Shown here one piece after another: positions 1 to 12,197 of a DNA stretch of 64,000 nucleotides. This stretch comes from Hydrolagus affinis (Eukaryota), in NCBI GenBank assembly GCA_012026655.1, contig JAAILG010001357.1, forward strand, positions 1-64,000. Direction: 5' to 3'. The notes under the pieces were generated by a model. That model made no database searches. It had not been told where the DNA came from and saw nothing but the letters and a program-made list of their open reading frames with translations. The translations under genes and the position numbers were made by a program. Position 1 is the stretch's first letter; every line of letters begins with the position of its first letter.

Positions 1-59
1 TGAAGTGAATCTAAAACTTGAAGATTATACAATTAAAACAAAAGGTGCAACCAGGCACC

Positions 60-276
60 ACTGACCAAACAATGTTTAAGATGTAAAGTATAGTGTGAAA
101 GTGCTGAGATCAATGAGTGGAGGAACTTAGCAGGAAGGGTGTTTGAGGCATGCACAGAACTCATTTGAAAGAACAGCTCGTTGCTGTGAAAGGGAGCATT
201 GTAGACTATTTGTTCTAGAGGAATAAGGTCAAAGGGCCTTCTTCATTCAAAACAATCTTGCCATCTTGTGATCTTG
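60..276 (+). mobile_element. Decayed CR1-type LINE 3' end
   Basis: Ends in agggccttcttcatt...cttgtgatcttg; the same terminus recurs at ~7495-7540; resembles CR1 3' UTRs of cartilaginous fish (from memory). Confidence 0.45.
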
Positions 277-919
277 TTAGTAATCATTGGTATCCAAGTA
301 CTTACACTTGGTTATAAGTTGCTCACTTTATTATTACAGTACTATCATCAACTGTAAGGTGAGTCACTGATAAACCAAGTGCAACTATAATGCCCAGTAG
401 GTAAAAATTAGAGTGACTAGTGATATTTACCAAAATGCCAACCCATTGATTTGTTGAGTATACTTGAATATTACTCCTGATCCCAACAAAATGGTTTGCC
501 CGGAACTCACCAAGGGACTATTGCACGTGCCAATCAATGGAATGTTACCTTGCAGGATTTAAACTTAATTCTGTTTATTCAAACACTATTTTGCCCACCA
601 GTTCCCTGGTGCTGAATATCAGGATCAAAAGTGCCATCTGGCAACCTTCTTGATTTTGGTCTAATCAGGACCATCCTATCTGTCAGTGCTTGGGTAGCAA
701 GGTTAACAGAAGCTGAGTGAGAATAATCTCTATGCCCTCCAATTCCTGCCACTAATGCAGGCTGCTTGGTGTGCATTGGAGCACTGTGCACCCATCTGAC
801 TAAGAAACAGGACTACAAAAACCACCAAGGATTGACTCAATTTCAACATTTCTTTTGCAAAGCATCAGCTCAGTGCTCTTGCTGAGGAGCTACCCTGTAC
901 CAAGCTCTCTTTTCAGATT

Positions 920-1285
920 TTCTCCCTTTCCCTCTTCTAAGCAAGTTATTTTGAACTGTTCCCCTTCTATTGGAGGTTGATTCAATATGAGCCAGTGGCT
1001 CTTCACACTCTCTGCCTACTGTCCATTATTTATCAATGAGCCATATGAAAATTGGTAGACAATTAAACCATGCGGAGGGAGAGGGAACATAAGGCAGGAG
1101 GAAGAGCACAACATTTGCCTGACTCTTCCGCCCATAGTTCCCATCACCAAACACACACACACATTTTCCAGAGAGAAATTAGCAGTGAGAATCCCAGCTG
1201 AATTTCCTCTCCCTAACCCAGGGGTGCTGATGCTAATTGAAGTGCCCCAACTGAGATCAGTCGGCTCAGCACAGACATACCTGCA
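920..1285 (-). mobile_element. Ancient SINE-like repeat, highly diverged
   Basis: Shares blocks with 56060-56325 (tgagcc; tccag; ctgagatcagtcggctcagcaca vs ttgagatcaactcagttcaca); the 56-kb copy runs into a reverse-strand B-box-like head. Confidence 0.5.
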
Positions 1286-3506
1286 ACTTTCCAATCTGTA
1301 GAGCCCAATGCAGGGCAGTGTGTTAATGCAGGGCCATTGGAGAAACACTATATTTTACGGAGTGTTATGAAGCTGATCATGCTTGCTCTTATAACAATAT
1401 TTGGATTATAAGATGCATTTGTAAGGATTTGCATCACCACCGCTGATATCTTTAGTGAAATCAGCCATTTTGGACTCTGTCATGAAGCACATAATTACAA
1501 TTTCTGCCACAACGCAATTTTTTTTCATTAACTCTTGTCAAATCAAATTTTCTTGATAGACATGTTTCCACAATAAATTTTCCAGGCCTCCTGCATATTA
1601 TTCCTTGAAAGCAGTTTTTTTTTTTAACACTCAACCCCATCAGTAGTGCACCACAAAAGTATTGATTTTGACATGTATTCAATCTGTCAAAAAAAAACAA
1701 GATTTTCACTGACAACATTTTGACAGATCTGGTTGTTATTGGAAAAAATATTTTCAAGGAATAAATGACTGTATTATTTTCTGCTTCCTTGTTTAAATTC
1801 TATTTCTCCTGGTTTGATATTTACTTCAAACACACACACACCCATAAACACATACAAATACATCAATACACATATTAATAATCCTTAAATTTGCTAAATG
1901 GGCTTTCTATTGGAAATACTTCTGAAACTACTCAAGATGATAGATTTTAAAGTAGAGTAATTGTGTGTGTTGTGAGAAAACCCAGAAGTTGATTTTGGCA
2001 TAGCATGAGTCCACAAACATGCATTAAGTGAATGAGCAAATTTGTTTGGGAGATTGTTAGCCAAGACACTGGGAGAAATTCCCTTCTTTGAGATCTCACA
2101 CACACACACTTTGTTCTATTGATTTACATCTCTCGCTCTCTCTATGTGAATTATTTATAACACATTCTTCGCAATGGGGAGATAAAAAACATCTCTACCT
2201 GCTGAACTGAACATTAGCCTTCAATAAGTGGTAATTCCTTTTTATGTTTTTAAGATTCTTATGTCTCCATTTCATTCTCACAGCTGTTCTAAATTTTGTC
2301 CCTCCCAAATGCTTTGAGTGGATTTTATTATGAAAACTAATGTCTGAACTTCAGACACAATTCTTCCAAATAACAGTAATTTTCATTTAAAATATCAGGT
2401 TCTATTTGATATTTGGTTCACTTTCAGACTAATTGTTTAATGTGCAAGTTTTTTTACACTATGATAGATATAATATGGAATCTAACATCCATTATTCTTT
2501 TCTCATGCTTGAATATTTTTCATTTTGTGCTGATAATAAGCTGATTCTGAATGAAAAGTTTGCAAGTCTTGGTGAACATGTGTTAGACCCAGTGATCCAA
2601 AGTCATAGGAGCATCTTATTGTGGAATCCTTGTTGAAAAATTAGACATTCCTCATGTTGCTATCTGTAATATTGTTGATAAGGGAATTTGTATGAGGCAC
2701 ATTACCAACAATTCATATCAGATTCAATAATTTTCATACTAAATTTGGTGGGAAATGTTGCAAATGATGTAATTTTCCTATTGTTCCAAAATACTGTATA
2801 AGGATCTAAAGCGTATTGTTTCAAACAGAATTTAATAAGAACAACTCATCGGGAATCACAATCGGGAAGTCTTGATGCATCAAGCCACCGAAAATGTGTT
2901 CTGGAAATAGATAGCTTTGGAGCGGGTTCCCATGAGTTGCTATTACCTTACATAATTCGATCACTATTAGGAGTCATCATAGACAACTCAGGATTTTTCT
3001 GAAGAAATGATGTTGCAATTTTTTGTTTGTTTTTGACCACTTCTTAGTCATAAGCTGGAATAGGAATTTTTCACCAATTGTGGCCAGATTTTGAAAGAGG
3101 GGACATAAATTTTTCTCATAATAATGCTGTATCGCAGAGCCTCAACAGCATATTTGTGCAATTCATACTGGTGGGATATCACTCAGTAATCGTCAAAACT
3201 GAATCTGTAATTGTGTGTTTTTAATAAAGATACATTTTAAGCAGAATTTGCTTGAGGTAGAGCAAGAACAGGCTAGAAAATAACAATTCAGTTGCAAGCA
3301 AGAGTAGCAATATTTAGAAAGATGATCTCTATCCAAAGGCAAAATTATGTTTCAGCTTTGAGCTTGCTTATCTATATGAATTTATTTACATATTGCATTT
3401 CCGAGTGTTCACCTCAAACTTTTCAAATATTTGATACTGGTGATTTCTTATTAAATACAGAAGAGCTATGAAGAAAAGCAAACAATTTAGATCTAGATTT
3501 TTGATA

Positions 3507-3912
3507 ATAATATAATAATAATCCTAACATTTATAGAGCGCTTTTCACGTCTTATCAACGTCTCAAAGCGCTTCACAGAATACAACAACATCCCAAGGGT
3601 GGGACCAGAGCAGGTGGGAGAGAGAAGAAAAGAGGGAAGAAAGTGGGGAGAAGAGGTAGGGATCAGATCAGTGGAGGAGCGGTCATGGTTGGGGGAAGAA
3701 AAGTAGAAAAATTGACTGTATATTTGTGGGAGAAATGTGGCAACCAAATTGCGTACAACAGTGTCCCACAAACAGTCATGGAAGTGGAGCCAGGGGAAAA
3801 AGGGGGAAAAGAGGATAAGGGGGAGAGGGAGGTAACGGTGGGGTAAAATCAAAAAGGAAAAGGGGAGAGAAAGGGGGTTAAGGGTGGAGAGAGAGGGAAA
3901 GGTGGTGGGGAG
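3507..3912 (-). mobile_element. L2/SINE mosaic retroelement 3' end
   Basis: Reverse complement has a SINE-type tail (gtgaagcgctttgagacg...cgctctataaatgttaggattatt) and the Deu-like block between pyrimidine tracts; colinear with 54125-54520. Confidence 0.75.
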
Positions 3913-3944
3913 TTAATCATTAAAATCAGGGAGCCAATAAATGA

Positions 3945-3993
3945 GAAAATTAAAATGGAACATAAATGAAAATTAAAATGGAACATAAATGAA
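3945..3993. repeat. 23-bp tandem duplication
   Basis: gaaaattaaaatggaacataaat occurs twice in tandem. Confidence 0.9.
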
Positions 3994-4084
3994 TCCCCTT
4001 CTTGATCACTAATGCCTCTTTTTGCATGGTGTGTGGTTGCTAGGTTAGTATAGGGTTAAATACATCACATTCAAATATGTCAAC

Positions 4085-4320
4085 CAAAATGTTTTTGGTC
4101 AGCCACGTGTCTGACACAAGTGGAATTCCATCACTGTTCTTAAGATTATGTAAATTAATTGAGAGTTCCCCCTATGTATCCCACCTGAACATAGAAATGT
4201 CCTTGTGTCTGGAATTTGAAGTACATTTTCTTCCTGGTGGTACACACTCTGTTTATCTAATTTCAGAGAGCATCAGGCACAAGGCAGGTTGTCTCCAGAG
4301 TAGCATTATGAATCTGCTGG
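4085..4320 (+). repeat. Unclassified ancient interspersed repeat, copy 1
   Basis: gtttttggtcagccacgtgtctgacac...gagagttcc...cttcctggtgg aligns by eye with 31645-32170 and with the reverse complement of 52120-52335. Confidence 0.65.
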
Positions 4321-5309
4321 AATTTTACCTTCAAAGCTACATAGTCTGACATTGAAAATATTATACAGTATACCAAATTCCCACTTTAATCCAACTGGAC
4401 CACTATATTCATTTATAGTTTGACGTTGGGATTAACATAAGTCGACTGTGAAGAATGTTTGCACCCACATACTGTCTAGGTTTACAGAGAAAGGATGACC
4501 ACATGGTTAATTTATCAGAGAACTTCTGGGGTTCATTAAATTATTTGTCTTCAGCTTGAGTCTGTATTATTGTTTCTTGTTTCAACTCATGTTCTCGCCA
4601 ATATTTTTCAACTTTGGTGGTAGCTATTTATGGGTCATGTTACGAATATCCTGTATTAGGTCTCGATATCAAACAAAAAATTTCTGAGACTGAAGTTTAC
4701 TGATATTAAGCGGGTGAGCACTCTGATCGAAATGTAATCTCCATTGACTTCTTTCTACCTTAGCGAAAAACACAACAGGAAATGAGAGAAAACACAAGGG
4801 AAATTGGAGAAAGAAAAAATTAACCTGAATGACATGAATTTGCAGCATCTGGAAGGTAGCCAAGCCAATGTGAACTGTGTACTTTCTCCAGTAGGTAGAA
4901 CAGATGTGTGCATTGTGGAGCCCTTTCTCCAATATTGCAAGTGTGGATTGCAATGGGAGAATGGATAGCTTGAAATTTGGGTCATTGTCTAGGTGCAGTT
5001 CCTCTGAAGGGTCGATAAGATTGTTTTAACAGAATGTTTAATGTGTTATTATGCTACCTGGGGAGTTGGAAAAAAAATGGTCAATATCTAGTAAGTTGTG
5101 TGATTAGCTTTTCTCAAGAAAAACTCTTTCTACTGTGCATTTTGCTTTAGAAAAATCTAGAAATAAAAACAATATAATTTAATTCAGTTACACAATTGTA
5201 TATAATTTTTTCTTCAACTGTCCTTTTCGCTTTTGCATAAGATCTGAAACAGCCGATGAAAATGAAAAACCCGAAACAGCTAATACTGAAACAGCTAATG
5301 CTAATGTAT

Positions 5310-5417
5310 GTTTTGCCCACATATACAGTCAATTCACTATACAGTATATTCTGTGAAGCGTTTTGAGACATCTAGAAGACGTGAAAGTGCTATATCAAAC
5401 GCAAGGATTATTATTAT
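5310..5417 (+). mobile_element. tRNA-derived SINE, 3' fragment
   Basis: cccacatatacagtcaattcact...gtgaagcg...gctatatcaaacgcaaggattattatt matches the full-length copies at 23336, 42595 and 48463. Confidence 0.9.
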
Positions 5418-5588
5418 AGTTAGCTGACTATTAAGAGGCATGGATGAATGGTACAGCAGAAACAATCCTTCCAAATTTCCTTCCCTCAATAAGAAAAATG
5501 TGTCCTTTATGAGGCCTTTCCTATGATGTATTACTGAAATCAGGAATTCAGTGGAGCAATGAGAGTAGAGGCTTTAAACTTACCACCA

Positions 5589-5646
5589 GCCCCCGCACCC
5601 CACCCCCCCCCCACACCACCCACTCTCCCCCCATTCCCCCCCTCCT
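5589..5646. repeat. C-rich low-complexity tract (potential G-quadruplex on the minus strand)
   Basis: More than six runs of 3-9 C with short spacers. Confidence 0.6.
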
Positions 5647-8600
5647 TTGTGGTTGCAGGATCACATCGCACTATTTCATTACAACTGGAACTAAGAGAAT
5701 ATTGGAAGCTGCCATAATACAGCCCAATGTGTCAAGTGGTCCGCCTTATATCCTCAAGAGGTAACTGACTGCCGTGCTGAAGTTACCAGGAGGGAGAATT
5801 AACTATTATATTCATAAAGACAAACTCATCCCCTAATAAAGCTTGATTCAATGGTGAGTCACAGAGTTCTGGATTTGTAGTTCATGAATTCATAAAAAAT
5901 AAAACCACATGTGAATGGATGTTCAAAATTTACTGTTGGCCATCGTAGTGAAATAAAACCAGGATTCTAATTCCATGCAGCGGGCTCAAAGCTTGGAACT
6001 ATATCTGTGCATTTGCTGCATTTGGTAGTTTTGAGCAGCAAAGCTCTCTTAGGGGCTGCTGTAAGGAAATCAGATGATACAAATAGTTTCTGTTTTTGTA
6101 TGCAATTTGAGCACTGGTGTACAAGGATTCACATTGAGGCATAAAACCATGTTGTATGTGGTTGGAACCAACTATGTTTGCAGCCAAGATGATTCAATTT
6201 ACTGTAACTTCTGCAGATGTTGGGTGGGGAGGATGGTGTGGGAGAACTTTGGATATCGCTGCGGAGTCTAAGGGATTAGCAGGAAATATTTCCAATCTAA
6301 GCAGCTGAAAAAGTATGAACTCATAGACGCAGAAATATATTTTGAAATATTTCAATTGCATCTCGACCACACACGAATGCTCTCCTCGTGCTCTTTTCCT
6401 GTCAAACACTTGAAGCCAATTGTGTTGAAAGTGCTGCGCTCAGTCAGCAGTTCTCTGACAATTATTGTCATCTCTATTTGATTTATATTTTAGATCATTC
6501 CCACTGACATCCATCCAATGTCTGACTCAGTGAAGATCTGTTATAGGAGCTCCATGCTTTGATCGACAGAAACTTTCTTTCTTAGTTGCACTAACATCTG
6601 GTTTCTATGCAGATCCTGGAGCTATGATTCTATCCCAGCTCTTCTGCCTTTCTCCACCACCTGCGGAAGCACTTTGTTCTCCCTTAGTCTTATTGTGGTG
6701 GTTTTACTTTTTTCCCCTGAGGGTCAACAGTTGTTGTGAAACACGAAAATGTGCATGACATAAAGCTACAGCTGTGAACATTTACCTCCCACCAGTGGCA
6801 ACTTACTACATTCAAAACACCTGGTTTGGAACAAAATTATATAAAGACATATGGCAAGAAAATAGACTTCTATGTGCCATAGGGGCTCAGAGAGAAATTA
6901 TCTGAAGTTAGCACAGAGGATCTATAGTCTGTGCAAAGGACATTACTATTAATGTCAAGAAAATGAGAATGCATCCTGCAACCTCCTTTGTATAAAAAAG
7001 CTGCAGTTAGATTTCATGTGATATAAATTGCATTTCCTTGAGCAAACAACTCAGTTACAGATGAACCTTGGTCACCCTGCTATATTGAAATGAAAATGAT
7101 ACTCCAAAGAAATAGCAGCATAACATCCTGTTTGAACTTTGGGAAGTTACAAATCTCATATGTACAAGATATTCAGTAACTCTGAATAAATGACCTTTTT
7201 AATCTTGCCATGTCTACCAACCCATCTCACTCCATAAGTATTCTGATTGTCAATGAGAGAAACCTTCAGCCCAAAGGAAAGAAACATGGGTAAAAGAAAA
7301 TTTATGAATCACACAATATTATGGTGCAAATGTATAATGAGGTTTATGGAGGACTACAAGTTATCTTCATACATTTCATGGTGCATTTCACACAACTTAT
7401 TGCAGCTATACAATCTCATAATTACTCCAGTACTTGACAGGCAGAAACCTCCCACAAGGTAATTATGAGAAAATTATTCTCAGTTCCAACTATAAATGGT
7501 CCTAAGGGCCTTCTTTATCTAAACCTCTCTTGTGATCTTGAGATATATAATCATTTGCTTGAATGACTAAAGTTCAATTGTACTCTCATAAGATGTTGTA
7601 CGCTGCAGTGTGTCTCAGGATTTTTTATACATATAAATGTATTTTCCATTTAAAAAAACACAAATTGGCTGATTTTGTCTTAAAATGTTGGAACACATGG
7701 CATGTAAAATTTTACGTTGCAGTATCTCCTTATCATTTGAGGATTGTTCTTGTATTTGATTCCTTACTAAATAAAATGGCAATGAATCTGAACTGAGCAA
7801 ATATGGATTTCTTCCAGATCATAAAACTCAACTGTTTCTGAATCAGAAGTGTAAAGAAGTTCTTGTTAAGGATCACTAGCAATGCCGTTAAGAAATACTT
7901 CAAATTGGACCTATCTTTTAAACTATAATGGGGCAAGGTACAAATTATTTTTAGCAATATAAATATAAGGAGTTGTCAAATATCAATTTATTAACCCTAA
8001 AATAGAAGGAAATGCCATACTTAATGCCAAACAGATTAAAAATTCATTGTATGAGAAGTGATATGCATTTCTTCCTTATTTTTCAATAGTGTTAAATTCA
8101 AACCATTACATTGATCATGCGTTAATGTATGTTAAAGATGATTAAAATTGCATGTAATATTGGGTCTCTTTCAGAGTTTTAGAATTATAACTTTAAAGTA
8201 ATGCAGATTAAAGAATTAAAGAGAAAATTACATGCCACCAGACTACAATTTCCATAACTTGCATTTCAAATCACAAAAAATAATAAAATATTCAATCAAA
8301 AACAGTAGGATGTGATATATTCTCCCAAATGGATTAAAAATCTAAAATTGAAAGAATTAAAAAGTAATTAGAATAAAAACGAGCCAATCCTAATTCCCTC
8401 TCACCATATGCATGTGTAAGCAATTTAATTATAATAAAGTATTTCTTTAGAGAGATCATAAATATACTCCCACCACACAATATTACACTGGGCAATATAG
8501 ATGAGTATAAGAGATTGAGGAATTTAGAAGATAGAATGTGACACTATAGTGTTATATATAAATTATGGGATAATGAGAGTAAATGAAATGTGTATAATTT

Positions 8601-9187
8601 GTAGTGCTCCTCACTGGAGCCTTCTTTGCTATGGGTATAATTCTCCATTAATAACAATCCAAATGTTCTGAGATTTCAAAATATGTAATTGTTTTTAAAA
8701 GAAAAGCCAGACAAGGCAAATCAATACCAACTGGTAGAATTTGATTTATCTAGAAAACAAATATTTCTCTCTGAAATTCTCTATTTTTCTTGGTCAAGCA
8801 GGTTTCCTGTTTACGTAATTTTGGACAGTGGTAGGCACAGATTGGCAATAGTCAGGGATTTAGGACCACAGAGTGTGCGCTAAAACCGCATAGCTTTTGA
8901 ATGAAAGCACTCTTTAGCAAGCGGTGTTCCCCTACTTGTTCAGTTAGGACCACCCTACCCTGTCCCAAGTGAATGGTCTACCCTTCCAAGTCCATCTGAT
9001 GAGCTGTGGGCAGGAGTGTTGTCCTCTTGTTTCCTATCCTACAATATAATGGAACCTTGGTTTGATGTCTATTCAAAAGGTCATTTTTTTTTGTGAAGGT
9101 TAAGTAGAAACATTATCAACATAAATCATGGTACTACCATACACCTAAAATAATTTTAATCAATTAATAACAATAACAATTTTTCAC

Positions 9188-9320
9188 AGTCCTCTAGCTC
9201 AGTGGTTAAGAGCACTCGCTTCGCAAGTGGGAAACCTGGATCGATTACTGGCAGGATGAAATGTTGGACAAGTTACCTTACTCTACATGCCTCTGTTTAC
9301 CCAGCAGTAAGTGGAAACCC
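9188..9320 (+). mobile_element. tRNA-derived SINE, 5' head
   Basis: A box tagctcagtgg, anticodon-like cttcgcaag and B-box-like ggatcgatt, followed by SINE body ggacaagttaccttactctac. Confidence 0.85.
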
Positions 9321-9989
9321 TTTCTCTTCCATCTGACATTTAAAAAATCAGCACATCTTTATTTCTAGCTCTCTCGCTAACCATTATTCTTTTAGTGCCT
9401 TTATTTCATACTGATCTATCTGCCTTCTTTCCCTCCATGGAGTTCCTTTCTGAAGTCATAAAAAAGCATTCTACTCAGACTCAGCCCATGCCATCAAAAT
9501 TAAGTGACGTACACCAAATATCTATTTTTATAGACATATTTATTTTAGAATACTTCTCGCTCGTGTATAAAGTGTGGGACAAACAAAATGCACATTGGGA
9601 TTCGGTTTAGCTCTCCACAAGAGTTGTGCCTTTTCAACTCACTCATCTATTTATTTATGTAGCTAATCATTTAGTAGGTTATTGTTCAAGACAATCATAG
9701 TCATGTAGTGTATGATATCTGTGTAACTTCTTGTAATTGTTCCTATCATTACAACTTAATCTGATGCTTGAACCCTTGCCCTATCTCATACCAATGTAAA
9801 TTTACAATTATTTTGCATATTGTTTACTCTCTAATATTCTTCTCTGTTTCAGATTTATAGGCTGATTTTCCATTACTGCCCATGCTTATTTCTGCCACTA
9901 TGAATCTTTTCCTTCTTTCATGTCATATGACTTTCAATCTCTTCCACTGTCTTTTCCATTCTCCTTGATCTTTGCCATGAAATGCTTTT

Positions 9990-10095
9990 TTATTAGCATC
10001 TGATCACATCTCCAAACTTTTCAAAGCACTTCATAGGATTTTTTAAACAAATAAGCGAACGCTAAGTTCATTTATTATTTTCCTATTTGCCATTC
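9990..10095 (-). repeat. Left arm of long-range inverted repeat (partner 11265-11368)
   Basis: About 105 bp reverse-complementary to 11265-11368 with few mismatches; degenerate SINE/L2-tail-like sequence. Confidence 0.85.
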
Positions 10096-10468
10096 CTGTG
10101 GCTAAATTTTGTTACTGTCAAACGTTTCCCACCTCCTTTGTATCTCACCTTCTGTCTCCTTGGTTAGAAGTTTCTGCCCCACCCCACAACCCACACACAT
10201 ATGCACACACATTTAAATGAGTTTGCACTGACCTTTGTTTACATAGTTCTAAAATACATTGAATCACTGCAGATAATACAACATAACATATCTGTCTTTT
10301 AGGAACCTGCATTTCAATGAACTCCTGTGATATTTCTCTGAGCATTTAAAAATGTTGTTCCATTTCAAATATCAAACGGAGTATCAGCACAAGGGCTGTG
10401 TCAACAGTGGGCAGATTGAAACCATAATAGTTGTGTGCCCTGCCTGACTCCTGTAAAATGCACGGATA

Positions 10469-10587
10469 TTTAATAATAATAATAATCCTTGCATTTGATA
10501 TAGCGCTTTCCACATCTTATCAACGTCCCAAAGCGCTTCACAGAATATACTGTAAAGTGAATTGACTGTATATATTTGTGGGCGAAT
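10469..10587 (-). mobile_element. tRNA-derived SINE, 3' fragment
   Basis: aataataatccttgcatttgatatagcgc...cacagaatatactgtaaagtgaattgactg. Confidence 0.9.
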
Positions 10588-11203
10588 TTGTCTTATTGGG
10601 CACAAAATGCAAGTTGACCTTAGTTCAAACACATATAGATGTCTTTAATTATGTAATTAACTAATAACCAGACACTGGGGAATCAAGAGTAATCTTTATC
10701 ACTGACTTTTTAATGTAAACCTGTGACCGTTTGCCTAATCTGCATTTCAGACCTCACAGTTGAAAATTATGGATGGAGCATAAACATGCTCTGCAGGGAA
10801 CATCATAATAATTAACAGAAATTGCACAATATTTCTGCAAAAGCACGACAAGATAAACTACCAATGTTGCAATTGGATTTCTGCTTCAGAGATGCACCAT
10901 TGCTTATACACAGTGGAATTTAATTTATGGGAGCAGAACAAAGTCTGAGGACTTGGCAAAAAGCTGCTACTGTCTGCTTTTCAACCAAGCCAGATGCACA
11001 TATGCCAGAACTACACTTTTTTTCTCTTATGCAGAGTTTTATCCCAATCCAAGAATGAATGTTTAACCTATACAAGCTATCCTAGGCAGTCATATCTACT
11101 TGTTCCACAGATGTCAATGCCTTTCCTGTAGTTATTGCACATGGTCGGGAGTATTTGTTGCATTACAGTCCCTGATCTCCAAAATTATTTGAGTCTAGAG
11201 TTT

Positions 11204-11368
11204 TATTTTCCTGTGTGCCAATTGGCTATCGCATTTCCCTGTTGAGGGAAATACAATAGCCAATTGGCACATAAGAAAATAGTAAATGAATTTAACGTTC
11301 ACTTATTTGTTTAAAAAATCTTATGAAGTGCTTTGAAAGGTTTGGAGATGTGATCGGTGCTAATAATA
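11204..11368. repeat. Local 37-bp-stem hairpin plus right arm of the long-range inverted repeat
   Basis: tattttcctgtgtgccaattggctatcgcatttccct-gttg-agggaaatacaatagccaattggcacataagaaaata, continuing into the arm complementary to 9990-10095. Confidence 0.85.
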
Positions 11369-12197
11369 ATCTGTTGCTATTATTACCACTATCTGCTACA
11401 CAGTTCAATTAACACCTGAAGCTTTCGTCATCTGAGTTTGTGATAAAAAAAAGTGGAAAGAATGAGAAAAGGACATTGAAAGACTTTTACAGTTAGCAGT
11501 TCTCAATGATTTATTTAAAATGTTTTATGGGATTAAGAGAATCAAACTAAGACCGTTTTAGAGCTAACAAAATTCACCTTTTTTTGAGGAGCTCTGATGT
11601 TTGTAATCGGGCTTGAAATGATTGGTTTCAATTATGTAGACTGTGGCATTATTCACCATTTAAAAAATATATGACTATTTCCTTTGGATATCCTTGTTTA
11701 CATACATTGGGGATGGGTTGACATAAATTGCTAGGATTTATCGCTTTTTTATTCACATCAGGATTTTTTTCACAAAATCAGTTGACATGGAGCAAACACA
11801 TGGGTCTTTTGAAAATGGTTGATGTTTCCCATTCATGTTGAAATCTGTCAGCAAAAACACAGGTCTCTTTTTATTCATCCAGTTTATACATCAGCAAACC
11901 CTTTTGTGGTTTGTCAAAAGTGATGGGAAAAGTGCCTAGATCCTCATAAAAAAAATAAAAACATTTCCATGTGTGAATGCAGCTCCTCTTACGTATAAAC
12001 TTGATGAGGCATAACACTGCTATGTAGGTGTCTGGACTACTATAGCATTTTATGAGTTACTGTTTGCTTTCATGTATTGTGGATTCTTCTTGTTTGTTTT
12101 TTGGATAAGTGATGAGACAACCTGAGATTTTATTTTACAAATTATTATTTATTCCCACTCAATTTTTTGATGGTGAGAAAACTTCAGACCAGTGTTA

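Noticed and set aside
2833-3002. Open frame after ttttcaaacag (NLIRTTHRESQSGSLD...)
   Set aside because: No recognisable homology, weak pyrimidine tract and no linked exons.
8995-9025. ctgatgag as a hammerhead core
   Set aside because: No GAAA after the potential stem II and no Penelope context.
9188-9260. tRNA-Ala-like sequences here and at 23336, 28740, 45464 and 48463 as tRNA genes
   Set aside because: Acceptor stems are broken and each runs directly into SINE body sequence.
11700-11985. Possible Harbinger-type MITE ending atgtgtgaatgcagct
   Set aside because: No matching left TIR or TSD could be identified.
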